IMG/VR virus record: IMGVR_UViG_3300033149_004116
Coordinates: 1 to 64,000 of that record
DNA length: 64,000 nt
Strand: one strand, 5' to 3'
Source of the DNA: a virus
Positions 31,489 through 40,966 of this stretch are shown one piece after another; position 1 is the first letter of the stretch; each line of letters begins with the position of its first letter. The translations under genes were made by a program, and so were the position numbers. A model generated the notes under the pieces. The model was given only the letters and a program-made list of their open reading frames with translations. It did no database searches and had not been told where the DNA came from.

Positions 31489-32746
31489 CGCCGAGTGATA
31501 GCAATATTTGTTTTCCTAAAAATGTTATTACTGGAACACTAACTGCATTTCCGAGCATTTTATAGCGCTGTGTGTCCGAGATTTTGACAATTTCCCCGTT
31601 TTTATTAATTCCCCGCTCAGTCCAGCCATCGGGGAATCCTTGTAGTCGCTCGCACTCGACGGGGGTCAGTCTTCTTATTCTATTATTTTTCAGAAGAGAT
31701 GGTATGTGACCCCCTCCCTTTGCGGTTCTTATTGTAGGAGAGTCTTTTCTAAAAATTCTAACGCCTTCTTTGAATCCTCCGTAAATATTGTGAAGTAGAA
31801 CTCCTTGATCGCCAGCAGAATTTAACGCCCAAGATATCCCCTCTGATTGGATTGGCGTTCTAATATAGCCTTGTTTGTATCTTCCTGTCTGTGCTAACGT
31901 TACGCCTTCCGCGATCAGGTTCTCACTTCCGTCTTTATAATAACGACGACTAATTGCCCTTGCCACGATTCCAACACTTCCAGCACCATCAATCGTTGGG
32001 GAAACTTCGCTCTTCTTGAACCAGTTTCCCCGCCTGTTGGGATGGAGATGGGCAGTCTGAACCGTTATCAAGTTTTCCTCCCTTCCGCTTCCTCCGACTC
32101 TGAGACTTCTTGAAACGCTATCACGTTCATCCCGAAGCCGTGACCCTTCTCCTCGTGTCGCCTTTTGTGTTCCAGTAAAGTTTTCACCAATTTCGGTGAT
32201 AGGAAATATCGGTCGGGAACCCCCTCCTCTAAGATGTCCGATAATGAACACCCTCTCCCTATTCTGGGGGACACCGAACCACTTAGAGTTGAGAACTTGC
32301 CACTCACATCGATAGCCGATACGCCCCAAGACTTCCAAGATAGTTCCGAAGGTCTGCCCCGCGTCGTGACTAAGGATGCCTCGTACATTCTCCAGGAGTA
32401 GAAGCGTGGGTCTTTTAGCCCTCGCAATGCGGGCGATCTCGTAGAAAAGCGTTCCACGAGTGTCCTCAAAGCCCTTCCTTTTCCCGGCAATCGAGAAAGC
32501 CTGGCAAGGGAAGCCAGCACAGAGAAGGTCGTGATCGGGGATGGTTTCGACTTCGACGAGTCTAACGTCGCCTGAATGATGAGTTTCCGCTCCGAATTGT
32601 TTGATATAGACTTGGTTGGCGTACTTGTTGTTGTCAATCGAATACACACATCTGAACCTTTCTGATGCTTTTTCAAGACCTAAACGAAACCCCCCAATAC
32701 CTGAAAATAAATCAATGAATTTTATTTCTCCATTTTGGTCTAACAT
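31469..32746 (-). CDS. dcm: DNA (cytosine-5)-methyltransferase
   Basis: DLFSGIGG, AGFPCQ, ENV, PQNRERV, ECERLQGFPD, GNAV. Confidence 0.95.
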   Translation of the reverse strand: MLDQNGEIKFIDLFSGIGGFRLGLEKASERFRCVYSIDNNKYANQVYIKQFGAETHHSGDVRLVEVETIPDHDLLCAGFPCQAFSIAGKRKGFEDTRGTLFYEIARIARAKRPTLLLLENVRGILSHDAGQTFGTILEVLGRIGYRCEWQVLNSKWFGVPQNRERVFIIGHLRGGGSRPIFPITEIGENFTGTQKATRGEGSRLRDERDSVSRSLRVGGSGREENLITVQTAHLHPNRRGNWFKKSEVSPTIDGAGSVGIVARAISRRYYKDGSENLIAEGVTLAQTGRYKQGYIRTPIQSEGISWALNSAGDQGVLLHNIYGGFKEGVRIFRKDSPTIRTAKGGGHIPSLLKNNRIRRLTPVECERLQGFPDGWTERGINKNGEIVKISDTQRYKMLGNAVSVPVITFLGKQILLSLGGDYGSQ

Positions 32747-32783
32747 ATTTCATACCGATCTCTTTCATTTATCTTCATACCCC

Positions 32784-33080
32784 TCATTTTCTCTCAACAC
32801 CATAAGTATAAATATAGAAATGAGAATCTTTTGATGTCGATCTGAAATATTCTACGATTGTGCCAAAGAAATTTACCATCTTTTGCATCATATATGTCAT
32901 CTCCCTTCTATTCGGCTCTGAGACGTGTTTTTTAAGAGTGCATACAAATTTATCTATGTCTTCTACGTCTCTATATATTACAATCATATAATCTTCATAA
33001 ATTATTTCATCAACATTCATTAAAGCGCAGAAGGGACATTTTTCATCTCTATTTGAATCATATTTCCCATAGCGGAGCAT
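32784..33080 (-). CDS. Degenerate HIT-like protein
   Basis: CPFC...IIYED...KKH...HFYIY; histidine triad incomplete. Confidence 0.4.
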   Translation of the reverse strand: MLRYGKYDSNRDEKCPFCALMNVDEIIYEDYMIVIYRDVEDIDKFVCTLKKHVSEPNRREMTYMMQKMVNFFGTIVEYFRSTSKDSHFYIYTYGVERK

Positions 33081-33763
33081 TATGTTTCCTCCTTAACTTT
33101 TTTCCACAAGAAATACAATAAATTGAACCCATCTTTTCAGTAATATGTTTATATTTACAGTTGCAGTATCCATCATCATTTTCATTCCCCTCCAAATTCT
33201 TTTTCAATCTTGCCTCTCCCCTTATCTGTCAGAGAGAATACCCATTCGTCGTTAATAAAATTGGCGGTTAAATTGCCAGAAAATACGCCCTCAACTAGAG
33301 ATATTCTCAAACTAAAATCGCCCAATAAATCCTGAGCTATAGTTACATCATTTTCTGTGAATGAAAGTTTCTTCTCATCTTTGGATATCAAAACCCCAAC
33401 CATAAAATAATAAATTTTCTGCCATATATCGTCTTTATTATTCTTTTTACATTCATCTGAAATGAGTTCTACTAGAACTGCTATTAAACCGTACGGAAGT
33501 TGCTTGAGTTTATATGATAATTCTGTCATTTCATCAACGAATAACATTAAGTTCGGATTTTCTAAAGACATCTTATAATGACTTTCTTCCATCATTCAAT
33601 TTTCCTCCGACCAAAACCAAAGCGATATTTTCCCTTCTCAAATTCCTCCCCCTTCAACTCTCTTCTAATTTCTAAACAGGAATAGGCATATTTACACATT
33701 CCACAGGAAGAATTTGTTGTATCAAGATTCCCCAAACAATTTATCAACTTGTAATATTTTTTT

Positions 33764-35116
33764 TCAAGTTCTTCCATAACCGACCCCAAAATATCTAACT
33801 CCTTTTTTGATCATCTCTTCTGGATTATAAATTCTCCTCCCATCCAATAAGTTTGCCTGTCGCATTAGAGCCTTAAATGTGATGGGGGGAATTTCTTTGT
33901 ATTCATCCCAAGCCGTTGCTACAATAACATAATCGGAACCGAGAATGACATCTGTAGGATGTTTGGCATATTTTATTCTATCTGAAAATATTTTCTTCGC
34001 GTTTTTCATCGCTTTTGAATCGTGAACTATGACTTTAGCTCCAAAATTTAACAATTCTTCAATCATTTTTATAGCTGGTGACTCTCTTATATCATCCGTA
34101 TTGGGCTTAAATGAAAGACCCAGAATTCCTATCTTCTTGTGTTTAATTTCAATCCCACAATCGCGCAAAATCAAATTTGTTGCCCACAGCGCTTGTGTTT
34201 CGTTAATGTATTGGATTGTCTTCAATAGCGATTTGTCATTTAAAATTTCCTTTCTACGTCCAAATTTTATCAATGCGTTTACATCTTTTGGAAAACAACT
34301 TCCCCCATATCCTATTCCTGCCCGCAAAAATCTATCCGAAATTCTGTGATCCATTCCAATGGCTTTCTCTATGATTTTAATATCTGCTCCAGCAACTTTT
34401 TCACAAATATTAGCAATTTCATTCATAAAACTAATTTTTGTAGCCAAGAAACTATTATTAACATATTTAATAAATTCAGCATTTACATAATTACAGACAA
34501 ACATTTTATCTTTTGATATTTTCAACTTGTTAATATAAAAATTTAATAGAAAATCTCTCTCTCTCTGATACTCATAACCAATTACAACTTTGTCTGGATC
34601 TAGAGTGTCTTGTATTGCTCTTCCCTCCCTCAAGAATTCGGGATTGTAACAGAATCCAAAATCAACTCCGTGTTTTTTATTGGAACAACTTTCGATGATA
34701 TCTATGACTTTTTGTGAAGTTGTTGGAATAACCGTTGATTTTAGAACTATCACTTTATAATTTTTAATATTTCTCAAACATTTACCTATAGTTCTACTAA
34801 CATCAAAAACGTATTTTAAATTTATTGATTTGTCTGGAAGAGAGGGCGTTCCCACACAAATAAATACTATTTCTGATTGTTTCATCGCCTCCATTAAATC
34901 ATCATCAAATACCCCAACCATTTTTCCGTCTTTCCGTTTTGAGTGAGCGTTCATTATGTTTTCCAACCTCTCTTCAAAAATATAAGGAATGCCATCATTA
35001 AATTTTTCTATCCTTTCCTCATCTATATCATATCCTCCAACTGATATTCCTCTTTCAGCAAAAGAGGTAGCTGTACACAAACCCACGTAGCCCAAGCCAA
35101 ATATCAACACGTCCAC
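33764..35116 (-). CDS. ugd: UDP-glucose/GDP-mannose 6-dehydrogenase
   Basis: GLGYVG, CVGTP, KSTV, PEFLREG, GYGGSCFPKD, FKPNTDDIRESP. Confidence 0.95.
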   Translation of the reverse strand: MDVLIFGLGYVGLCTATSFAERGISVGGYDIDEERIEKFNDGIPYIFEERLENIMNAHSKRKDGKMVGVFDDDLMEAMKQSEIVFICVGTPSLPDKSINLKYVFDVSRTIGKCLRNIKNYKVIVLKSTVIPTTSQKVIDIIESCSNKKHGVDFGFCYNPEFLREGRAIQDTLDPDKVVIGYEYQRERDFLLNFYINKLKISKDKMFVCNYVNAEFIKYVNNSFLATKISFMNEIANICEKVAGADIKIIEKAIGMDHRISDRFLRAGIGYGGSCFPKDVNALIKFGRRKEILNDKSLLKTIQYINETQALWATNLILRDCGIEIKHKKIGILGLSFKPNTDDIRESPAIKMIEELLNFGAKVIVHDSKAMKNAKKIFSDRIKYAKHPTDVILGSDYVIVATAWDEYKEIPPITFKALMRQANLLDGRRIYNPEEMIKKGVRYFGVGYGRT

Positions 35117-35304
35117 GTCAAATCTCCTCGCTTATATTATAAAAATCCATTATAAAAACGTTTTCATTTTTCTTCTTCTCGCTTGAATGGGAAAACTTTA
35201 TATTTTAGCTCGGACGGAACAAAATCATAGATTGGATGAGGCTTTTTCTTTTTATTTCTCTTAAATCTTTTTATTTCCATTTTGAATCATCCATTATTTG
35301 ATTT

Positions 35305-35368
35305 AAAAAGTTGAGTCGAGTCATTCCCCGCGCCCTGAAAGTCAACGGTGGAATGACGATCTGGACTC
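35305..35368 (-). ncRNA. Candidate ~60-nt hairpin small RNA
   Basis: TTTAAATA at 35388-35395. Stems GAGTC/GACTC, GTCATTCC/GGAATGAC, CCG/CGG, then TTTTT. Confidence 0.5.
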
Positions 35369-35386
35369 TGATATATGATGTAAAAC

Positions 35387-35677
35387 TTATTTAAAAATGT
35401 TTGTATTAACATTTAGTTTCCCCATTCTTTTGATTTCTCTCTCCAAATTCTTTTTTGTGAATCCCCTTTCGATTTTTCCAAGAAACTTGTTAGCCGAAAA
35501 AACCAATAAAGTCGGAGCAACTTTTAAATCATATTTTTTTAACATTTTTTTACTTAAACATTTTGAGTTTATCGAGTCTATTTTTATTTCATTATTAACA
35601 CAATCAAGTAGCTTTTTGACGTGAGAGCATTTTGAGCATCCATCCATCCAAATAATTTTAATCTTAATATCGTTCAT
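35387..35677 (-). CDS. Thioredoxin/glutaredoxin-like protein
   Basis: CSKC, VAPTL (cis-Pro), GF. Confidence 0.8.
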   Translation of the reverse strand: MNDIKIKIIWMDGCSKCSHVKKLLDCVNNEIKIDSINSKCLSKKMLKKYDLKVAPTLLVFSANKFLGKIERGFTKKNLEREIKRMGKLNVNTNIFK

Positions 35678-35874
35678 CTGATATTTCCCATTAAAATCTT
35701 AATTTAATTTTGGAATCCAAACTCCAGAAGCGTTCGGATATTTGTCAAAATATTCAATACTCTGTCCTCCTCTAATCACAGAAAGGCGATAAGAGCCTTT
35801 GAAAGCCGTTCTCTCTCCCCCTTCAGCTTTTGGCATAATAAATAAAATACCATAGAAATTATTAAACCTTCCGA

Positions 35875-37620
35875 TTAGAAATTATAGTATTTCCTTTCCT
35901 TGATCTCTTTATATTTTCCGACGTTGGCTCTAGAAATGTCTCTATAATATCCCACAATTCTAGCAAAAATCGATGTTTCCCCTCCGCATTTTGAACATTT
36001 TGATATTTCCCCTCTTTCGTATTGTCCACATTTTTTACAAATAGAGAAGGAAGTTGCAAAATCATAATATGGAATTTTGGTATATTTTGCTATTCTCTCC
36101 GTCAACTTGATTAATCCTTCAGGACTAGGATGGCGTTCGCCCAAGTAAACTCTAAATGCAGTTCCTCCAGTAAAGAGTGGCAATAGATCCTCCTCTATAT
36201 TAATTCTCTCAAAAAGATCAATAAATCTATTTGATGGAGTAAGCATCGTTGTATAATAAGGACCATCATTATCTCCCTGTGTAATAATGTCTTTATACAT
36301 ACTTCTATCCACAAAAGCAAGCCGCGTTGCCGACCCCTCGCCAGGAGTCATCTCAACATTCCATAGTTTGCCTGTCTCCATTTGCGCCCTTTTAGACCAA
36401 TTTCTTATATACATCAGAACCTTTTTAACAAAGAGTTTTCCTTCCTCCTCCCAGATTGGATATCCCATAAAATTTAAAACCATTTCGTGTAGCCCAATAA
36501 CTCCTATAGTTCTGAAGTATCTATTAAAATCTATATTGTAATTTTTCGTAACTGGCATATATCCCTCATCCAGCATCTCCTGACACCATACATTTTTTAA
36601 TAGTAATGATTCTTTAGCCTTTTCTAGAAGATAATTTAGTCGCTCAAAGAAGTCCGCTTCATTTTTTGATAAATATCCCAATTTTGCCATATTCAAAGAA
36701 ACTACTCCAATGCTTCCAGTTGAACCTTGAAATGCCCATCTTCCACCTGCTGGGGGGAGTTCGGTTAAATCTAATCGAAGGCGGCAGCACATAGCTCTCG
36801 TACTATTAGCAGATATACCGCTTCCATCGAAGTTCATAAAATAGTAAGATCCATATTTTTCCATCGTTTTCCCAATTTCATACCATAAATCCGTATCAAA
36901 TTTTGTAGATTTAATTATATTAATTGTGGGAATTGGGAAGGCAAAAGGATTCTGCTTCCCGTCGCCTTCGAGGAGGATTTCATTAAAAGCTCTCAATATC
37001 ATCAAACTTTCATCCTCGAAATCTTCATAAGTATTGTTTGTGTCAAACCAAGGTGAAAATTCTTTCAGGTTTTCGGGACATTTTGTATTCAACATGATGT
37101 TTGAAAACGGGGTCTCATAGCCCGATCTTGATGGATAGTTCATATCAAAAACAAATCTCTGTATGCTCTGTTTAACATCATCATAGGAAAGACCATCTTT
37201 TGCTATAAAGGGAGCTAGTAATGTATTAAAATCCCCCGCCGCCTGCGCGCCCGCCCATTCCTGCTGTTGAGTGCAAAGTCTGTTCACAAGTTGATTTAGA
37301 GCGGTATCTAAATGTTTGGCTGGCTTAGAAATTATCCTATCTGTGATAAGTCCTTTATCTAGAAGTTCCAAGAAGTCGATACCACAACAATATGGGATAA
37401 TTCCATTTGAGAGATCATGGAGGTGAAAGTAGCCCTCATTATGTAATCTTTTTATTTCTTTGGGATATTTATTTAAAGTATATTTTTTAATTTCCTCTCC
37501 TGCTATAAATCCCTTCATCTGTGAATAAGATTTATTCTGATTGGCATTTTCTTTTATCAACCAATTCTTCTGCCCAAAATATGTGGGGATATATCCTTCA
37601 TCGCCTATTTGTTCTGTCAT
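35875..37620 (-). CDS. nrdD: Anaerobic (class III) ribonucleotide reductase, no ATP cone
   Basis: HLHDL, PYCC, EWAGAQ, AMCCRL, TPGE, C-terminal CxxC..CxxC and RIVGYY glycyl-radical motif. TATA at 37650-37657 favours the ATG at 37620. Confidence 0.93.
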   Translation of the reverse strand: MTEQIGDEGYIPTYFGQKNWLIKENANQNKSYSQMKGFIAGEEIKKYTLNKYPKEIKRLHNEGYFHLHDLSNGIIPYCCGIDFLELLDKGLITDRIISKPAKHLDTALNQLVNRLCTQQQEWAGAQAAGDFNTLLAPFIAKDGLSYDDVKQSIQRFVFDMNYPSRSGYETPFSNIMLNTKCPENLKEFSPWFDTNNTYEDFEDESLMILRAFNEILLEGDGKQNPFAFPIPTINIIKSTKFDTDLWYEIGKTMEKYGSYYFMNFDGSGISANSTRAMCCRLRLDLTELPPAGGRWAFQGSTGSIGVVSLNMAKLGYLSKNEADFFERLNYLLEKAKESLLLKNVWCQEMLDEGYMPVTKNYNIDFNRYFRTIGVIGLHEMVLNFMGYPIWEEEGKLFVKKVLMYIRNWSKRAQMETGKLWNVEMTPGEGSATRLAFVDRSMYKDIITQGDNDGPYYTTMLTPSNRFIDLFERINIEEDLLPLFTGGTAFRVYLGERHPSPEGLIKLTERIAKYTKIPYYDFATSFSICKKCGQYERGEISKCSKCGGETSIFARIVGYYRDISRANVGKYKEIKERKYYNF

Positions 37621-37718
37621 AGATAACGCCCTTCTTAGGGGCGATATCATATTTAAACTTTTCTAATTAAAAAAATTAAGGGACGATGAACAAACTATTT
37701 TTACTTTAAATTGAAGAA

Positions 37719-37916
37719 TTAATTTTTAATTTCCTTCCACAGTTTATCAACACTTCTGCCCTCTAAATCTACCAATAAAAATCCATCTACAACATCTGAT
37801 ATGACATGATGAATTTCGCCCCGTTTGATGTTATAAGATTTAACTATATCTTCTGGAATTGTGATACCTAACGAATCCCCCACTTGGAGAATTTTTCTTT
37901 TAAACATTACAGGCAT
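37719..37916 (-). CDS. AbrB/MazE/SpoVT-family DNA-binding protein
   Basis: RKILQVGDSLGITIP...IKRGE. Sits at the switch between the minus arm and the head genes. Confidence 0.85.
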   Translation of the reverse strand: MPVMFKRKILQVGDSLGITIPEDIVKSYNIKRGEIHHVISDVVDGFLLVDLEGRSVDKLWKEIKN

Positions 37917-38054
37917 TTCTCTCTCCTCATCTTCTCTATTATATTAAGATGAGACATTATTAAAACTTTCTATATTTCATATAAAATTATAATATAAATT
38001 ATTAATTTGTAGAAGGATTTATTAATAAGCACAAGTAAATATAGTTGAAGAAAT

Positions 38055-38360
38055 ATGAAGTTGAGAAACTTCTTAAATAGAATCCGAAAGGATAACCTCA
38101 TAAAGGATATTAAAAACTTAGAAGCTACTACTGGAACTATAACCACTCTAACTTCAACGACTGCTACGATCACGACTGGAACTATTACAACTGCCACTCT
38201 CACGACCGCTACAGTTGCTACGGGAACATTTACGGGCAATCTAAACATTCCAGTTACTAACAGTCCAGTTACGGCAACGGGCAGTTTCTATGTTTCTGGC
38301 GACGGAAGTTATATGTTTGTTCGGGTTGCTGGTGCGTGGAAGTCTGGTGCATTAGCTTAA
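38055..38360 (+). CDS. Thr-rich pentapeptide-repeat virion fibre-like protein
   Basis: TGTIT-TLTST-TATIT-TGTIT-TATLT-TATVA-TGTFT, then GSFYV..YMFVRVAGAWK. Confidence 0.6.
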   Translation: MKLRNFLNRIRKDNLIKDIKNLEATTGTITTLTSTTATITTGTITTATLTTATVATGTFTGNLNIPVTNSPVTATGSFYVSGDGSYMFVRVAGAWKSGALA

Positions 38361-38384
38361 GACCTATATCTGGGGCGATCTAAA

Positions 38385-38780
38385 ATGGGTAGTTACACCT
38401 CTGTAAATCTAGTTCGTAGTGCGACGGGATTAAGTGTTGCAAACGCCCCAAGTTATACGGTCAATTTCGCCATTCAACGTGGCGAAGCGGCGATGAAGAA
38501 ATACCTCGGAGTTACCCCCGCCTCAAATAACGTGACTGGAACAAATATGTGGTGTCGAGATGCGGCAACATCCTTCGCGGCTCACTATCTTTTTATGCGC
38601 CTCGCCAGTCAGAATGCCCCTGCCGTTCAATATGCTCGCGGAACAAGGACTGCGGGGGGAGGACAGGGAGGTTCTGCATTTCAAGGATATGGAATAATGG
38701 GCGAGAGCTGGTGGAACGATGGCATTAGAATCTGTGATATGCATGGCAGAGACATAATCATTCAAAGGGTAGAACCATAA
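38385..38780 (+). CDS. Putative head-tail adaptor
   Basis: YTSVNLVR...AIQRGEAAMKKYLG helical pattern, size, and position near the portal. Confidence 0.5.
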   Translation: MGSYTSVNLVRSATGLSVANAPSYTVNFAIQRGEAAMKKYLGVTPASNNVTGTNMWCRDAATSFAAHYLFMRLASQNAPAVQYARGTRTAGGGQGGSAFQGYGIMGESWWNDGIRICDMHGRDIIIQRVEP

Positions 38781-38832
38781 TTTCTATTTTTTGAGAAACT
38801 TTTAATAATCTGTTTAATAATATTAATTTATA

Positions 38833-39318
38833 ATGAAAGAAAAATCAAAAGATTTCTTTTTTGAGACGTGGAATATTATTAAAAAATTCGACAAATACAA
38901 ATCTCTATCTATAGATAAAAAATTAAAATTATTATCCATTACGAAATCTTTTTTATATCAATCTCCTTTAATGGATGACAAAACTCCAGAAGATTATTCA
39001 AAAATAATAATTTCTAGTAAGGCATCTTTTCTTTTTAAATCTATAGGGAGGCAAAAAAGAAAAAGAACGAACATCGAATTGAATAAAATTCGTAGAGACA
39101 GGCTTCAAAATCTTATTTATAATGTGATTCCTCATTATTCGTCTGGATACAATCATATAAATACAATTCGTGCCGATATAAGGGCATCAACGGGTTCTAA
39201 TATGTTTAGTAGAAGAGAATGTTCTAGTGTAATAAGATGGATGCTTATTAATGATGATCGCGTTCTCTCCATAACATCACGCGCGGGACTTCCATTTAAA
39301 TATGCTCGCAGTGGATGA
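38833..39318 (+). CDS. Hypothetical basic protein
   Basis: 161-aa ORF with its own BRE/TATA-like element. Confidence 0.45.
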   Translation: MKEKSKDFFFETWNIIKKFDKYKSLSIDKKLKLLSITKSFLYQSPLMDDKTPEDYSKIIISSKASFLFKSIGRQKRKRTNIELNKIRRDRLQNLIYNVIPHYSSGYNHINTIRADIRASTGSNMFSRRECSSVIRWMLINDDRVLSITSRAGLPFKYARSG

Positions 39319-39355
39319 TAAGAAAGATTTATTAGTATCTAATCTAATATATTGA

Positions 39356-40966
39356 ATGATAAGATTGACCAAGTGTAAAGCAATAAAGGCGGATGGAACT
39401 CCGTGTAAAGCTCAAGCTATGCATGACTCCGAATATTGCTTTTTCCACAGCCCAAAAGTTGGAAATAAACGTTCAACTCTTTCAATAGATTTGGGAAGGG
39501 CAGTAATAGCCCAAAAGAGCGGATATTCATATGAGAGACTTTTTGGCAAGGGCATTAGAGAGATGCCAAGAAAGGACAAATTGAGAGAATATGAGAAATT
39601 TTACGACGAAGGGGGGATAATAGCAAGAGCAATAGACTCTTATGTTCATGTGGCAATAGCGAATGGATATCAAATTATAGATACTGAAACGGGTGAGAGA
39701 GATACACCAAATACAAGAATAGTTAAAGAATTGGATGAACGTATCAACTTTCATGCTTGTTTTGAAAAAATGTTTCGTTCGACGCTTATTTATGGATTTG
39801 TATGGGGGGAGCAGGAAGTTGATGCCAATAAAATAAAGAGACTTATTTTCCTTCCCCCATATGAATTAGAAATAGATAGAGTCAAAACTGGGAAAAATGT
39901 AGGAATAATAAAATCATTAACACAAAAAAGGGGCAAGGATGTCGCTCAATGGAGAGGCAAAGAATTAAAAAACACGTTTTTCATACCAATTAATGTCAAA
40001 CATTCAGAGCTGTTTGGAAGAGGTTTGATAGAGAGGATTTACACTCAAGCGGAGGAGAGAAAAACACAAGGAAAAAATCTCGACGCTGTAACGAAATTCA
40101 TAGCTTATCCTTTTAGAGTTGTTAAAGTGGGAACCGACGAATTCCCCGCCAGCGAGGATTCTGTTACTAAAGTTGCTGATGCAGTTGAAAAATTAAATCC
40201 TGGAGACTGGTTTGCAACTAGACACAATATAACATTTGAATTCCACTCTCCTAGAACTCCGGAGGCGTTGACAGAAGTTTATAAGGAAAAAACTCGCCAA
40301 CTTATTGTAGCTTTGGGGGTTCCAAGTTTATATACGGCGTTAGAAGATATAGATGCACAAACATTAAAGGAAATAAGAAGTATATTCAATTCTACAGTTA
40401 GAAGTCTTCAAACAACCGTCGGCACCGAATTTGAAAATCAAATAATAAAAAGACAATTTGAACTGTTGGGAAAACTTAAAAAAAGAACGGATAGATGCCC
40501 CGTCAAGGTGGTGTGGAATCCTCTGACAGTTTCAGTTCTTAGTATCCTAGAATTAACACAGTTAGTACAAGCCGGAGTAGTAGGAATTGGGGAGGCAAGG
40601 AGGATAATAGAATCTATGGGATATGGAATGTTGAAGGGGGAAGGCAAAGAGATACAAGCTCCTCCTATAAAGAAAAGAAGACCTAAAGAATCTCATCCAT
40701 CCGAGGAGAAACCAGAAACCCCTCCTATAAAGCCTCCCGTTCAAGAGCCAGACGTACCTCCAACCAAAAAGCCATCAACACAACCGATTATCAAAAGAAG
40801 ACAGCCCAACGAACCACAACTAAACTTTAAAGAGTGGCTTGAAGGAATTAAAGTTCTCAAAGAAATAGATAAACACAGGGCATGGATGATATTGTCTGAT
40901 ACATTAAAAGCGGGATTTAATCAAGATAAAAAGTCGAACGGAGATGATATAGATGCCGATACATAA
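39356..40966 (+). CDS. Portal protein with N-terminal C3H zinc finger and Pro-rich C-tail
   Basis: IARAID, LIYGF, LPP, FGRGLI, IVALGVP blocks; lies upstream of protease and capsid genes. Confidence 0.8.
   Translation: MIRLTKCKAIKADGTPCKAQAMHDSEYCFFHSPKVGNKRSTLSIDLGRAVIAQKSGYSYERLFGKGIREMPRKDKLREYEKFYDEGGIIARAIDSYVHVAIANGYQIIDTETGERDTPNTRIVKELDERINFHACFEKMFRSTLIYGFVWGEQEVDANKIKRLIFLPPYELEIDRVKTGKNVGIIKSLTQKRGKDVAQWRGKELKNTFFIPINVKHSELFGRGLIERIYTQAEERKTQGKNLDAVTKFIAYPFRVVKVGTDEFPASEDSVTKVADAVEKLNPGDWFATRHNITFEFHSPRTPEALTEVYKEKTRQLIVALGVPSLYTALEDIDAQTLKEIRSIFNSTVRSLQTTVGTEFENQIIKRQFELLGKLKKRTDRCPVKVVWNPLTVSVLSILELTQLVQAGVVGIGEARRIIESMGYGMLKGEGKEIQAPPIKKRRPKESHPSEEKPETPPIKPPVQEPDVPPTKKPSTQPIIKRRQPNEPQLNFKEWLEGIKVLKEIDKHRAWMILSDTLKAGFNQDKKSNGDDIDADT

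Noticed and set aside
32068-32676. 202-aa alternative-frame ORF overlapping the C5 methylase.
   Set aside because: Overlapping open frames are common over conserved methylase motifs, and there is no independent evidence of expression here.
35305-35372. Hairpin 3' of the thioredoxin gene considered as a SECIS element.
   Set aside because: No in-frame UGA at a Cys position in neighbouring genes (CSKC is intact) and no clear SECIS consensus.
644-37000. Many plus-strand ORFs opposite the minus-strand genes (e.g. 9432..9992, 13995..14477).
   Set aside because: They are antisense shadows rich in Phe/Ser/Leu/Ile, without RBS or recognisable motifs.
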